64,000 nucleotides of DNA from Salpingoeca rosetta (Eukaryota > Protista > Choanoflagellata): NCBI GenBank assembly GCA_033442325.1, contig JAWQFM010000030.1, forward strand, positions 746,186 through 810,185. Reading direction: 5' to 3'. Position 1 is the first letter of the stretch. Every line of letters begins with the position of its first letter. The position numbers and the translations under genes are program-made. The notes beneath the pieces were generated by a model. It did no database searches. It was given only the letters and a program-made list of their open reading frames with translations, and was not told the DNA's origin. Of this stretch, positions 13,832 to 24,490 are shown one piece after another.

Positions 13832-16800
13832 GGCTCACACGCACACAGAGAGGGATGATGGACTGCATCGACCCACACACGCGTGTGCGTGAACACACAC
13901 GCACACACACACACTGACACGCAGCAGTCTGATGCCACCTCACGGTGCGTTGCACTTGCATATGCGTGACTGTAACTGTGACTGCGTGCATGTCGTTCAT
14001 GCTGTGTCTGCTTGTGATTCACTCTGTGTGTGTGTGATGGCTGCTTGCTTCCCTCTGTCTCACACACCTGTGTGTGTTTGGATGGTGACACGCACACAGA
14101 CACAGACACAGTGAGTGGGTGTGCAGACACACATCCCCGCACAGACAAGGCAGGCAGGCAGGCACTGCACGCTCTTCCTTCTCTCCCTCTGCTGCCACCA
14201 CCACCGCTGCTGTATGGATGGAGTCAGTGGATGCAAGGGGTGTTGGATGATGCTGGCTGGCTGATGTCCTTCCCTCGGTGTGTGTGTGTGTGTGTTGCAC
14301 CGCTGCTGCTGCTCTTGTTTCCCCCTGTTTGTGTCTGTTTTGTCTGTTGTGCGTTGCTGCTTCTTTGTGCTTGTGTGTGTATGTTCACCACAGCCACGTC
14401 GTGTGCGCCCATCACCATCGTCTGTGCTCACGCACCTCCCCATCTCTCCCCTGCTTCTTCTTCTGCTCCCTTCCCTCGCTTCCCTCTTTGTCATCCCCAC
14501 ACGCACATGCACACACACACACACATGGATACTTGTGCAGGAGAAGTGCAAGCTGTTTGTTGGAACCCATGGCATGGCACGGACACACGAGCAAGCATGG
14601 ACACAGGACAAGCAAGCAAGACGTGGGGCTGCTATCGACCACGCGCCTCGTTGGAGAAGGAGGGGAGCGTCAGCGGGTGGTGTTGACTGTGTCGTGTTGT
14701 GTTGTGTTGTTGTGTCGTGTTGTTGTTGACAGCGTGCACGTCTCTCTCCTTGTGTCCTTCTGCCTTCCTCCCCTCCCTTTCTCTTTCTCTCTCTGTTCTC
14801 TCTTGCCACAGCATGCACGCTGCTGCTGCTGTTGTTGTTGTTGTTGTTGGCTGAAGGTGCTGATGGCGGCTGATGGGGGAGTGAAGCGGTGTTGCGTAGC
14901 ATGGAGCTGTCGCTTGTTTTGTGTGTGTGTTGCTTGCAGTTGATATGGGGATGCTTTCTGGCTTGTTCTTGCCACGTGTGTCTGTGTGTGTGTGTGTTTG
15001 TTTGCTTTGCTGTCGTGTTGCTGACGTGAAGTGGAAACATACAATGTAACAGGCATGTGCAGCTGTGTGTATCGTGTGCTGGTGGTGGTGCATGGGATGG
15101 TTGTTGGTGGTTGCAGTGAAGTCAACACAGTGTGTGCTGTTGTGATGTGAATTGGATTGGTGGTGAGCTGGGTGTGTGGCTGTGGAGTGGGTGTTGCATG
15201 CAGGTGAGGACAACAGCAGCAGCAGTGAACGAGGGAGTGGGAAAAAGGATGAAGTGAGTGAGTAATGATGACAGCGACTGGTGGTGGTGGTGGATGTGAA
15301 CAGGGCTGATGGTGAAGAAGGCGGCAGCGTGGGCTTGATGGGTTTACGATGTGCTGTAGCACATGCAGCATGAAACATGAACGAGGCAGGAAAGTGTAAG
15401 GGAAGGGAACGTAAGGGAAGGAGTGGCGGCACAAAGTAGTGAACAGGGACAAGGGCAGGCATGCAAGCACATGGAAACAGCAGCAGCAACGGCAAGAATT
15501 GAAACAAGACAGGAGGAGGGGTGGAACGCAGGTGAAATGGACAAACAAGGCTTGTGGTGACAAGGTGGTGAAAGAAAGGGACGAAGGGAAGCACGAATGC
15601 ACACAGTGGGTTGTGTTGTGGTGCTGTGTTGTGTGGAATGAAGTGAAGGATGTGTGATGTTGTGTGCAGAGGTGCTGTGTGGTGGTGAGTGGATGGAAGA
15701 GAGAAAGAGGGCCAAGGGTGAATGAAGCATGTGGCAACAAGTGCAAAGCAACAATGCATCACATGGAATGTGGAATAGCAAAGGGCAGAGAGAAGGAAAC
15801 AAGTGAGTGAAGGGTGAGACAAAGGGACAAACCGACACATGCATGAATGCGTGTTGTTGTGTTTTGGGTTGGGTTGTGATTGTGGCGGTGGAGCGAAGGA
15901 AGCAGAAGCACAAATATTGCAAGCAATAGCACACATGCACGAAGAGAGAAGGTGAAGCGGGGAGAGGAGAAGGTGATTGCAGCGAGCTTCTTACGCACCT
16001 GATCATATCGCTGCTGGAGGCGAGAGAGAGGAAGCGCAGGTGATGTTGGAGAGTAAATCCAAGAGCAAGAGGGAGCGAGGCGATGCTGCTGAGTGAAGTG
16101 GCGTGGAGTGAAGTTGTGAGGGAGTGACAGAGTAGTGTGTGAGTGATGGTGAGGATTGATAAAGGGTCGATTGCAGGTGCGTGCAGGCATGGTGGGCGAA
16201 GCAGTGACACAGTGGCGAGTGAGTGGAGGAGTGTTGTAAAGCGAACAGGGTGGAAGCAAGGGAAGTTGTGGGTGCTTGCAAGCAACACGCACACAGCAAG
16301 CAAGCGTACACATGAAGTGTCTGCAGCGAAGAGACGGAAGTGGTGAAGTGAATCCAATGGAAGTAGGAGATGTTGTGAGTGCTTGCGAGTAACCCAGCAA
16401 TGAGTAGATGGATTGTTGTGGGGTGAATCCAACACGAGTAGGGGAAGTTGTGAGTGCTTGCGAGTGAGTAGAGGGATGCGGTGGAGTGAATCCAATGCAA
16501 GCAAGGGATGTTGTGAGTGGTTGCAAGCAACATAGCAGCACTGCACAATCGCATGCAAGTGTGTCTACAGTGAGTACAGGGATCGTTGTGCAGTGAATTC
16601 AATCAATGCAGGAGAAGCTACCAATGCTTGCGAGCAACACAGTAACACTGCACAATCGCATGGAAGTGTGTCTGCAGTGAGCAGAGGATTGTTGTGCAGT
16701 GAATCCAACACATGTAGGAGAAGCTACCAATGCTTGCGAGCAACACAGTAACACTGCGTAATCGCATGCAAGTGTGTCTACAATGAGTAAACGGATCGTG

Positions 16801-17710
16801 GTGGAGTGAATCCAATGCAAGTAGGAGATATTACCAGTGCCTGGAAGCAACACAGCAGCACTGCGCAATCGTATGCAAGTGTGTCTGCAGTAAGTAGAGG
16901 GATGCTACTCATCCATTCCACTTTAATCAGAAACACGTCCCCGTGCCTGCAGGCAACATCTACACACAAACGCATACACACACACATGCAAACGTGTCCC
17001 TTGCGCTGCTCCTCGTCGGTCTCTGTGTGCTTGCTTGTCTCTTGTGCAGTCACATGGAAACGAATCCATCCTCGCTGCTCTACTCCTCTGTTCCTCTGCT
17101 TTGCTCCTTCTTGCTTCAGCGAAGCGTGCCTGCAGGCAAGTAGAAGTGCGCACAGTGCAGTGTGCTCGCGCGCACGTGTGCCTGCAAGCCAGCCACATGG
17201 TCTTGTCTCTATTGCTGCAGCGCATAGCATGGTGCAGTGACGTTTGCTCGCTTGCTCACTTGATCACCGGAGTAGGGAAACTGGGTCGGTGAAGTCAAAA
17301 AGCGGGTGCAGAAAAAGTGCGATGTTGTGACAGAAAAAAGCCCAAAACTGTCATGAGTAGTGTCTGAACACTGCGTCGCGAGGCAGCTGTGCAGCTGCAG
17401 CGAATTACCAGCGCAAGCATTGCATGCATGCAAGCATTGGTTGGTCACGGGCCAGGGGAATCTGGGGTGTGAGCAGTGTGAATAATCTTGATGCAGTGAA
17501 GCTGTGCGCACTCGCTTGATCCAGTCACAAATCTAGATCTAGCAGAATCACTAAATCTAGATTGCGGTGCCTGCAGGCAAAGTGCACGAGGCCAAAGCAG
17601 CGATTCAAACAGCTGCCGCTCGATGGATTGGCATACATGAGGGGGAAGGGATTGCAATTGAGCCAAGAACAAAAAAAGAAAAAGAGAAGGCAAAAGGCAA
17701 AGAAGCCGCT
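13832..17710 (+). repeat. Diverged inverted copy of the rDNA upstream spacer/subtelomeric block (partner 56261-60509)
   Basis: Colinear reverse-complement similarity, e.g. 17521 ccagtcacaaatctagatctagcagaatcac vs 56413-56443, and 13832 gctcacac..gagagggatgatggactgcatcgaccc vs 60468-60509. Confidence 0.9.
16255..16925 (-). repeat. Tandem spacer subrepeats (GTGAATCCAATGCAAG core), shorter array
   Basis: Recurrent gagtgaatccaatgcaag..ggagatgttgtgagtgcttgcgagt units; reverse complement of the 57050-58120 array. Confidence 0.8.
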
Positions 17711-17852
17711 TTAGTTAAAGGCCCAAAGCAAGAGAGCAAAGGCGATTTGGTCNNNNNNNNNNNNNNNNNNNNNNNNNNNNNNNNNNNNNNNNNNNNNNNN
17801 NNNNNNNNNNNNNNNNNNNNNNNNNNNNNNNNNNNNNNNNNNNNNNNNNNNN

Positions 17853-18210
17853 CCTAACCCTAACCCTAACCCTAACCCTAACCCTAACGCCTAACCCTAA
17901 CCCTAACCCTAAGCCTAACCCTAACCCTAACCCTAACCCTAACCCTAACCCTAACCCTAACCCTAACCCTAACCCTAACCCTAACCCTAACCCTAACCCT
18001 AACCCTAACCCTAACCCTAACCCTAACCCTAACCCTAACCCTAACCCTAACCCTAACCCTAACCCTAACCCTAACCCTAACCCTAACCCTAACCCTAACC
18101 CTAACCCTAACCCTAACCCTAACCCTAACCCTAACCCTAACCCTAACCCTAACCCTAACCCTAACCCTAACCCTAACCCTAACCCTAACCCTAACCCTAA
18201 CCCTAACCCT
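17853..18210 (+). repeat. Telomeric repeat (CCCTAA)n, about 60 copies, oriented as a left chromosome end
   Basis: Near-perfect CCCTAA array directly after the N gap (17753-17852), with two GCCTAA variants, followed by a T8 run. Confidence 0.97.
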
Positions 18211-18339
18211 TTTTTTTCACGCATCCAGCTCGTGTCCTCAGTAGTCGGAGGAGGGTGACCATACGCTCTGAGTCAAGCCCATAGTTTTGGGTCCCCCCAC
18301 TCACTGATACTTTAGATACCCTTATATAGCTGAATTAAA

Positions 18340-18474
18340 CCCGACCCGCTTTCAAGACGAGGTCAGGTGGGGAGTTTGGCTGGGGCGGCACATCTGTAAA
18401 ACGATAACGCAGGTGTCCCAAGGTGAGCTCAATGAGAACAAACCTCATAAGGATGTGGAGTAAAAGGACAAAAG
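18340..18474 (+). rRNA. 28S rRNA fragment (domain V, P-loop region); inverted copy of 46975-47105
   Basis: 18340-18439 is identical to the reverse complement of 47006-47105 (GGTCAGGTGGGGAGTTTGGCTGGGGCGGCACATCTG...). A short altered patch follows, then ATGTGGAGTAAAAGGACAAAAG. Confidence 0.92.
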
Positions 18475-18884
18475 GGATGGGCAGAGAGTCATTTGAAAAA
18501 ATGACCTATCCCCTAACCCCTAACCCCTAACCCCCTAAACGTGACCAGCGCGCGTGGGCATTCCCTAACCCGTGCGTGGGCTTGGGGTTAAGCATTTTCA
18601 CCAGCGTGACAACTACTACCACACCAAACACCATGTCAACTACAACCTCAACGCAGACCAGTGAACAACCACACTCACCGTCTGCCTCAGCTGACTTGAC
18701 TGAACGCAGGTCCTTTTGGCTTCGCCTGAGGGAAGGATGTGTGCGAATCGGGGGAAGCATCAGAGGCATGTTCATTGAGCTCTCATGCGCCTGCAGATCG
18801 CGCGAGGTATGTTCCCTTGCTCAACTGCTATTCGGCATTTAACAAACACCTCACTTTTGCTCGTCGATCCAGCATCATCTCACA

Positions 18885-19469
18885 ATGTCGCGTAACATCA
18901 TGCCACTCGACCAACTTCTGGTGGAGCAAAGTAGGAACGACGACGTCTCCTGCGATCAGCAAGATGCTCCCGAGGACGAACCTGCTCAGGAGACAGCAGA
19001 AATCAACCAGAACATGGAGACCGATGTGAGCACCCACTCCGACACGCAGACCGTGCAATCCAACAAAGATGACACCAATGACAAGCAAGATAGCCAACCC
19101 AACAAGAAGGCCAAACGACAAATCAGTGATCGGCAGCGCAAGGCACTCGAGCAGTCTAGGAACAAGAAACAGGCAAAGGCACAGGAGCGACGAGAGCGTG
19201 AACGCCGCGAACACTTTGAAGCCATGAAAGAACACCGCATGCAGGAACTGGATGACTTCTTCAAATCTCGCCTCCCAAACTACCTTGAAGACTTTCTGAA
19301 GCAGAAGAAGGCAGTATCGCGGGAGGCTTCCGCATCATCATCATCATCATCTTCCCAATCGCAGCGGCAGCCTAAGCCAACACAACACCGACATGCCCGT
19401 CAGCCTGATCGTGCTATGCCCCCACCCCGAGCCCCTGTCAACAAGTACTCCAAGCTGTTCCGCAGGTGA
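18885..19469 (+). CDS. Viral hypothetical protein (acidic N-terminus, basic coiled coil ISDRQRKALEQSR)
   Basis: 194-aa ORF followed by AATAAA at about 19484; collinear with the ATPase. Confidence 0.7.
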   Translation: MSRNIMPLDQLLVEQSRNDDVSCDQQDAPEDEPAQETAEINQNMETDVSTHSDTQTVQSNKDDTNDKQDSQPNKKAKRQISDRQRKALEQSRNKKQAKAQERRERERREHFEAMKEHRMQELDDFFKSRLPNYLEDFLKQKKAVSREASASSSSSSSQSQRQPKPTQHRHARQPDRAMPPPRAPVNKYSKLFRR

Positions 19470-19539
19470 ACAGGCTGAAACCCAATAAACACTTCATCCA
19501 TTTTCAACACTAATTAATACACAACAAGTGAGCAACGGC

Positions 19540-20388
19540 ATGAGCGATAAGAAGCCAGACACGGTCCCGCGCATTGCGCACCCAAACACACGGAAGGCAG
19601 ACGAGGCTCGGAAAAGGCAGATCAAACAGAAGATGGGCCTCGTCGAGCCAAAGAACCTACCAACGCGTGCCATCCACCCGGTCAACGTCAAGAAGCACTC
19701 CCTCAAGCGAACCGTCGACGTCGAAGGCGGTCCCCTTGACAAAGTACTCCCAGGCATCGTCCTCGTCCTGGGCACAAGCATGAGCGGTAAGACCACGTGG
19801 ATCATCAACGCAGTTCTCCAGAAGGCAATCTTCGGCAAGCTCTTCGACATCCTTCACATCGTCTCCCCCACAATCGCTGTAGACGACGCCTACCAGTACC
19901 TGATTGACATGCCCGAGTCCAAGCTGCACCAAAACTTCACCGACGACACGATGAAGCAAATCACGGGCGCAACCACCGAGGCCAAGCAAAATGGTAAAGA
20001 ACTGCACCAGGGCCTAATCATCGACGATGGCGTGAGTTCAGATGTCAGCAAGCGGGGAAACCCAATGCAGTCATTCGCCAGCGTCGCCCGCCACTACACG
20101 GACATGACCCTCATCTCAACACAGGACCTTCGCGCAACCGCTCTCCCAAAGTTCCGCAACCAGGTACGCCTCTACGTCATCATGCGTAAGAGTGCAGAGA
20201 CCGACAGGCGAAACCTCTTCCGCGAGCTCGGTGCTTACTTTGGAGGCGAGAAGAACTTGGAGCGTCTGTTCAAGGAGGCAACCGACGGAGATGACCCCTA
20301 TGCATTCATGCTCCTCAATGTTCCCAACCAAACTGCTTGGAAGGGATTCGACGAGATCCTGTACTCTGCCTATGACCAAACCTTCTGA
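19540..20388 (+). CDS. A32/FtsK-like viral DNA packaging ATPase
   Basis: Walker A VLVLGTSMSGKTT, Walker B GLIIDDG, and the A32-type ARHY...LISTQ and FRNQ motifs. Confidence 0.9.
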   Translation: MSDKKPDTVPRIAHPNTRKADEARKRQIKQKMGLVEPKNLPTRAIHPVNVKKHSLKRTVDVEGGPLDKVLPGIVLVLGTSMSGKTTWIINAVLQKAIFGKLFDILHIVSPTIAVDDAYQYLIDMPESKLHQNFTDDTMKQITGATTEAKQNGKELHQGLIIDDGVSSDVSKRGNPMQSFASVARHYTDMTLISTQDLRATALPKFRNQVRLYVIMRKSAETDRRNLFRELGAYFGGEKNLERLFKEATDGDDPYAFMLLNVPNQTAWKGFDEILYSAYDQTF

Positions 20389-20391
20389 TCT

Positions 20392-22311
20392 GTGCACATG
20401 TCATTTTTCAATACACGTTTCCCGCCAACATCCAACATGAGCAGGGCAATCAGCACGCAGCACCACAGTGTGAGAAATGGCATCGCATCACCCACACACA
20501 AGGTCATCTACGATGTGATCAGTGGCACCAGCTTTCACAACACAAAGTCCGTAAAGAGAAAAGGCAAAAAACGTAAGCTCGTCCGACGCCCCTTCACATC
20601 ACAAGCATCCGGAGGGCATGTTGGAAGCATTGCCATTGGGGCCGCTGCAGCAACTTCTGCAACAACCAACCCTTACCTTTATGCGAGCAGGAACAGCTGG
20701 GGGCCAACCTCTTCCCGCAACACGCAGCAACGGACAAAGGCGACATATGGTCCTGTGAGGTATGACAAAACCCTGGGCTCCGATGTTCGGCGTGGTCCCT
20801 ATGGCGCAGAAGCATACAGCAAAGAACTCGGGCGTTGGATGCCGCTCAGCTCACGCGGGCGCCCTGTAAGACGGGAATACGCCAGGCCAGACGACGAGCT
20901 CAAAATGGACGTCCGGGATGAATCCGGCGTGGGTCATCAGAGTATGAGCGCACAGTTGATCAAAGACAGGATGAGAAATGCTTATGTCCAGGACGCGTAC
21001 GGACAGAGCTCACAGTCCCTCGATGAACTCCTGAACACCGGGTACATCGGGCAGCAGACGTCCGCACCATCTCCCACTCAGACACTCTCGGATGCGCGCG
21101 AACTTACATCTTCCACCGTCAAGCAGGTCGGCGAGCTCAAGAACATGACTGATGTCCACCGAGAGAACCTGATGAAGGCACTCAAGGCAGGCGGGATCAA
21201 TGACCAAACGACCACACAGCTAGCACTGGATGCGCTTAATCGGCATGGCACAGATTACCGCAGCGTGGACTACGACAGCCTCATAAACCAAGCACGCCAG
21301 GATGCACCGGCCCGCAAGATCGATCAGGCACGACAAAAGGGAGAAACCCAGTACTGGCTCAAGTCCACCCGATCCATGCTTTCTCACCTTCCAGAGTCCA
21401 ACGACAAGTATGCCATGCAGGCTACGCTTGACGCCATTGCATCTGAGAGGGACGCGCAGCAGCAGGACAGTATGATGAGCTCATTCGACGAGGATCACCG
21501 AAAGCTCCTGCAAGACAGCAAGCGAACATACGACGCTCAGCAAGCACTCACGGAGATTGAGAAGCAGCGCCCTGCACCAAAGCCCAAAATGCGCACCAGC
21601 ACCACACAAACCAACACACCGAAGGTCACATCAACCGAAATGCAGACAGACGAGGCAGCAAAGCCGAAGCTTACCAGTCAAGGCATCCAGACCAACGCGG
21701 TGACAACATCAACACAACATATGCAAACAGACAACCCCGCAACCACCACACAGGGCATGCAGACACAGACCACATCAACATCAACTCAGTCAGCACAAAC
21801 ACAGCAGCCACCAAAGCCACAAACCGCATCGACCTACGTAGGTACAGATGACCTCGACGCCCAATCCATCGCCAAGGAGGTCACCCCTCCAATTGTCTCC
21901 CTGCAGCAGCATGCAACCCAATCAACACTCAGTGAAGACGCTAGAGCACAGGCGATTGAAGAACGCCAGGCAAAGTATGGCAAGGCCCCTCCAAGCGCGC
22001 GTGTCAAGGAGAGTCGCACCAAGAAGAAGCAGCAGCAAGCTGAGCTCCGGAGTCAGCGCCGTCATGAAAAGCTTGATGCCAGCAGGAATATCAACGAGGC
22101 ATTCGCTGAGCCGGAAGCACCACCGCCCCAGCAACCTGTGCGCCATGAGCGACGCCGAGCCAAAGAAATAGGTGTCGAACATGATGAGGATGATGGTCGT
22201 TCTACAAAAGCACACAAGCCGTCCCACGATACCACCGCAGCGCAAGTGAGCATTCCAGACACCGCTGCACCATATGCCGATTTCGGGGATGAACCCGATG
22301 TCATGTCATAA
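20392..22311 (+). CDS. Viral hypothetical protein, low complexity with S/T-x-x-x-Q-T repeats
   Basis: 639-aa ORF with a basic NLS-like KRKGKKRK and repeated STTQT/TEMQTD/SQGIQTN/TQHMQTD/TQGMQT motifs. Confidence 0.7.
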   Translation: MHMSFFNTRFPPTSNMSRAISTQHHSVRNGIASPTHKVIYDVISGTSFHNTKSVKRKGKKRKLVRRPFTSQASGGHVGSIAIGAAAATSATTNPYLYASRNSWGPTSSRNTQQRTKATYGPVRYDKTLGSDVRRGPYGAEAYSKELGRWMPLSSRGRPVRREYARPDDELKMDVRDESGVGHQSMSAQLIKDRMRNAYVQDAYGQSSQSLDELLNTGYIGQQTSAPSPTQTLSDARELTSSTVKQVGELKNMTDVHRENLMKALKAGGINDQTTTQLALDALNRHGTDYRSVDYDSLINQARQDAPARKIDQARQKGETQYWLKSTRSMLSHLPESNDKYAMQATLDAIASERDAQQQDSMMSSFDEDHRKLLQDSKRTYDAQQALTEIEKQRPAPKPKMRTSTTQTNTPKVTSTEMQTDEAAKPKLTSQGIQTNAVTTSTQHMQTDNPATTTQGMQTQTTSTSTQSAQTQQPPKPQTASTYVGTDDLDAQSIAKEVTPPIVSLQQHATQSTLSEDARAQAIEERQAKYGKAPPSARVKESRTKKKQQQAELRSQRRHEKLDASRNINEAFAEPEAPPPQQPVRHERRRAKEIGVEHDEDDGRSTKAHKPSHDTTAAQVSIPDTAAPYADFGDEPDVMS

Positions 22312-22378
22312 CTGCGAGAGTATGCGTTTATTGTACCTTACTGAAGTCAACCGATGAAATAAAGCGATGACCATTGCA

Positions 22379-23386
22379 TTAGGCGCGAGAGAGCGACACA
22401 TATGCGTCAAGGTCGCCCGTGTTTGCACCATCAGTGATCTGAAAGCGAACCCACTCGGCTGCCAGGTCATACGTGGAAAACACCTTATCCTCTGTGCTTA
22501 CAGTGACTTCTGCGAGATGAAACCAGAGAGAGGGGTTGCTGTCCTCAGGCGAAACCTGAAGGCGGTACGTAAAGGACGGTGTGTTGGATGAGCTTGCGTA
22601 CACTGTGACGAGGGAGAACCCGTTGGCATTGATGGGGTCGGAATTGGTGAAGGTGCCTGCTGCAACTGCTCCAGTGTGTACGAGGGTGGAGTTGGTGGTG
22701 AACTTGCTGTTCATCGTCGTCAAGCTGGTTTCCGTAGCTGCCCCCGTGGGAAGTGGGAGGGGAGCCTGCAGCGTGCTCCGTATTGTGTCCAGAGTGGCTT
22801 CTGTCGCCACCGTGTTTTCCATGGATAGTTTGAAGGCATCCAGTGTGGTTTCCTTCGCTGCGTTGTTCGGAAGCGGCAATGGGTTCACCAGCTGATTCTT
22901 GACATCCGCCAACGTCGCCTCAGTTGCAGCGCCCGTGGGTAGCGGAAGCGATGCTGCCTGGATGTCTAGGGTGCCCTCCACAGCGGTCTTCACGCCCGCA
23001 AGTGTGGTCTCAGTTGCAGCGCCCGTGGGCAGCGGGAGTGAAGTCGCCTGCACGTCGAGGGTCCCCTCCACAGCCGTCTTCACGGCGCTAAGCGTGGTCT
23101 CAGTTGCGGCACCCGTGGGAAGCGGTAGCGACGTTGCGCTCACAGACACGGTTCCCTCCACGGCATCCTTCACCGCAGAAAGCGTGGCCTCCGTCGATGC
23201 GCCTGTTGGGAGTGGAAGGCTGCTAGCGCTCACGGGCTGGGTGCTGGCGGACGAGTCAACCAAAAGCTTGCCATCAGAGTTGGTGAGCAAAGTGCGAAAC
23301 TCCCGCGTGTCATCCCTCCCAAGCACCACTGTAGTGGTTTTAGGGACTTTGGCAGGGTGTTCAAACGATATGGCTGTACGACTCAT
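22379..23386 (-). CDS. Viral fibre/spike-like protein with LPLPTGAATETTL repeats
   Basis: About six repeats of SLPLPTGAATE(T/A)TL(S/A)xVKxAVEGT, followed by a beta-rich C-terminal domain. Confidence 0.65.
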   Translation of the reverse strand: MSRTAISFEHPAKVPKTTTVVLGRDDTREFRTLLTNSDGKLLVDSSASTQPVSASSLPLPTGASTEATLSAVKDAVEGTVSVSATSLPLPTGAATETTLSAVKTAVEGTLDVQATSLPLPTGAATETTLAGVKTAVEGTLDIQAASLPLPTGAATEATLADVKNQLVNPLPLPNNAAKETTLDAFKLSMENTVATEATLDTIRSTLQAPLPLPTGAATETSLTTMNSKFTTNSTLVHTGAVAAGTFTNSDPINANGFSLVTVYASSSNTPSFTYRLQVSPEDSNPSLWFHLAEVTVSTEDKVFSTYDLAAEWVRFQITDGANTGDLDAYVSLSRA

Positions 23387-23453
23387 GTTGAGCTGTTTAC
23401 TTCTTCGTGAACAGCAGGGTGCAAAGAAAATGACACCAGGAAGCACAATGCAC

Positions 23454-24068
23454 TCAAGCATCATCGCAGGGAGTGATTTCCTTCACAAACAGGGAGCAAC
23501 CAAGACGCTCACCATCATGCTTGCGTGAGAAACGAATGTCTCCCCTCACATTGCAGGGCACGCCGTCGAGCTTGGGGTCCGCTGTGTCCAATCCCCAGGT
23601 GAGGCGGATGTTGACAATGTCGTCCTTGGGCCAGGTGATCTGGTACATGTCTGGATCGATGCGCTCCAGGCAGCCCCTAAGGGTGCCCATCATGTCGGCG
23701 GCTTGCACGGGAACGTCGGGGGTGCTCTTGGCCACCTCAGCCACGGCAGTGCGGATGGTGCCCTTAGTACCGCGCTCCTCCCAGGTATCGGGCTTGATGT
23801 AGACGTCGGTGAGCTTGATCGGGATGCTGGTACGCTCTGGATAGTCGTCAGGCACAAAGCGAGGGATCTTCTTGGGCCCGCTCATGCCGTGGTAGCTGCT
23901 CTTAAAGAAAGCCAGAAGCTCATCTGCATTGTCGATAGCAGGCATCGCCTTGCGCGTGGGCTGGAAGCCAACAGTGACGTCGTCAAAGTTGGGCCGACCA
24001 GCCTTGCGCTGCTGGCGTGGGCGAGAGGTCGGGGCCTTCACGGGCAGACGGGGGATGCGGGCGCTCAT
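23454..24068 (-). CDS. Viral hypothetical protein (weak ssDNA-binding/OB-fold candidate)
   Basis: ORF of about 204 aa, divergent from pPolB. The C-terminal VRGDIRF..GCSLFVKEI beta pattern is only suggestive. Confidence 0.55.
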   Translation of the reverse strand: MSARIPRLPVKAPTSRPRQQRKAGRPNFDDVTVGFQPTRKAMPAIDNADELLAFFKSSYHGMSGPKKIPRFVPDDYPERTSIPIKLTDVYIKPDTWEERGTKGTIRTAVAEVAKSTPDVPVQAADMMGTLRGCLERIDPDMYQITWPKDDIVNIRLTWGLDTADPKLDGVPCNVRGDIRFSRKHDGERLGCSLFVKEITPCDDA

Positions 24069-24259
24069 GGTGAACTTGGTGAACTTGGTGACTTGAACTT
24101 GGTCCTCGGGCAGTGTCTTGGCTGGCTCAAATGAAGATGGAAAATGAACATCCACACCCCACCCTCAGCCATACATGGTCAGCTGGTGTACATTGTCGGC
24201 AAAAACTGTTTATGTACATCTTCCATGAACATTCGGTATCGCGCAAGAACAACGTATTT

Positions 24260-24490
24260 CTTCGTCCACTCGTCGAGTTGTTCTATTTCTGGTAATGTAT
24301 TGCATCATAGCAAACCTAGCCAGTCGAAAATTTACCATAATTATTCGATGAGTCATCGCTACCCCTCGTTTTCTTCGTTCACTCGTCGAGTTGATCTATT
24401 TGTGACAATATATTGCATAATACCAAACCTAGACAGTCGAAAATTTACCATGATCATTCGATGAGTCATCGTTACTTCTCGTCGAGTATG
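24260..24490. promoter_or_regulatory. 113-bp tandem repeat, each unit with the palindrome CGATGAGTCATCG, in the divergent intergenic region
   Basis: Palindrome copies at 24346-24358 and 24459-24471; the units share ctcgtcgagttg, aaacctag.cagtcgaaaatttacca. AT-rich. Confidence 0.65.

Noticed and set aside
7200-17750. Many 100-430 aa ORFs in the CA/GT-rich region
   Set aside because: Translations are low-complexity His/Thr/Cys/Val runs from microsatellite-like DNA, with no protein motifs.
17715-18224. Poly-(LG) ORF
   Set aside because: It is only the translation of the telomeric repeat.
18210-18340. Telomere-specific non-LTR retrotransposon suggested by the T8 run
   Set aside because: No reverse transcriptase ORF in the element, and the run is short.
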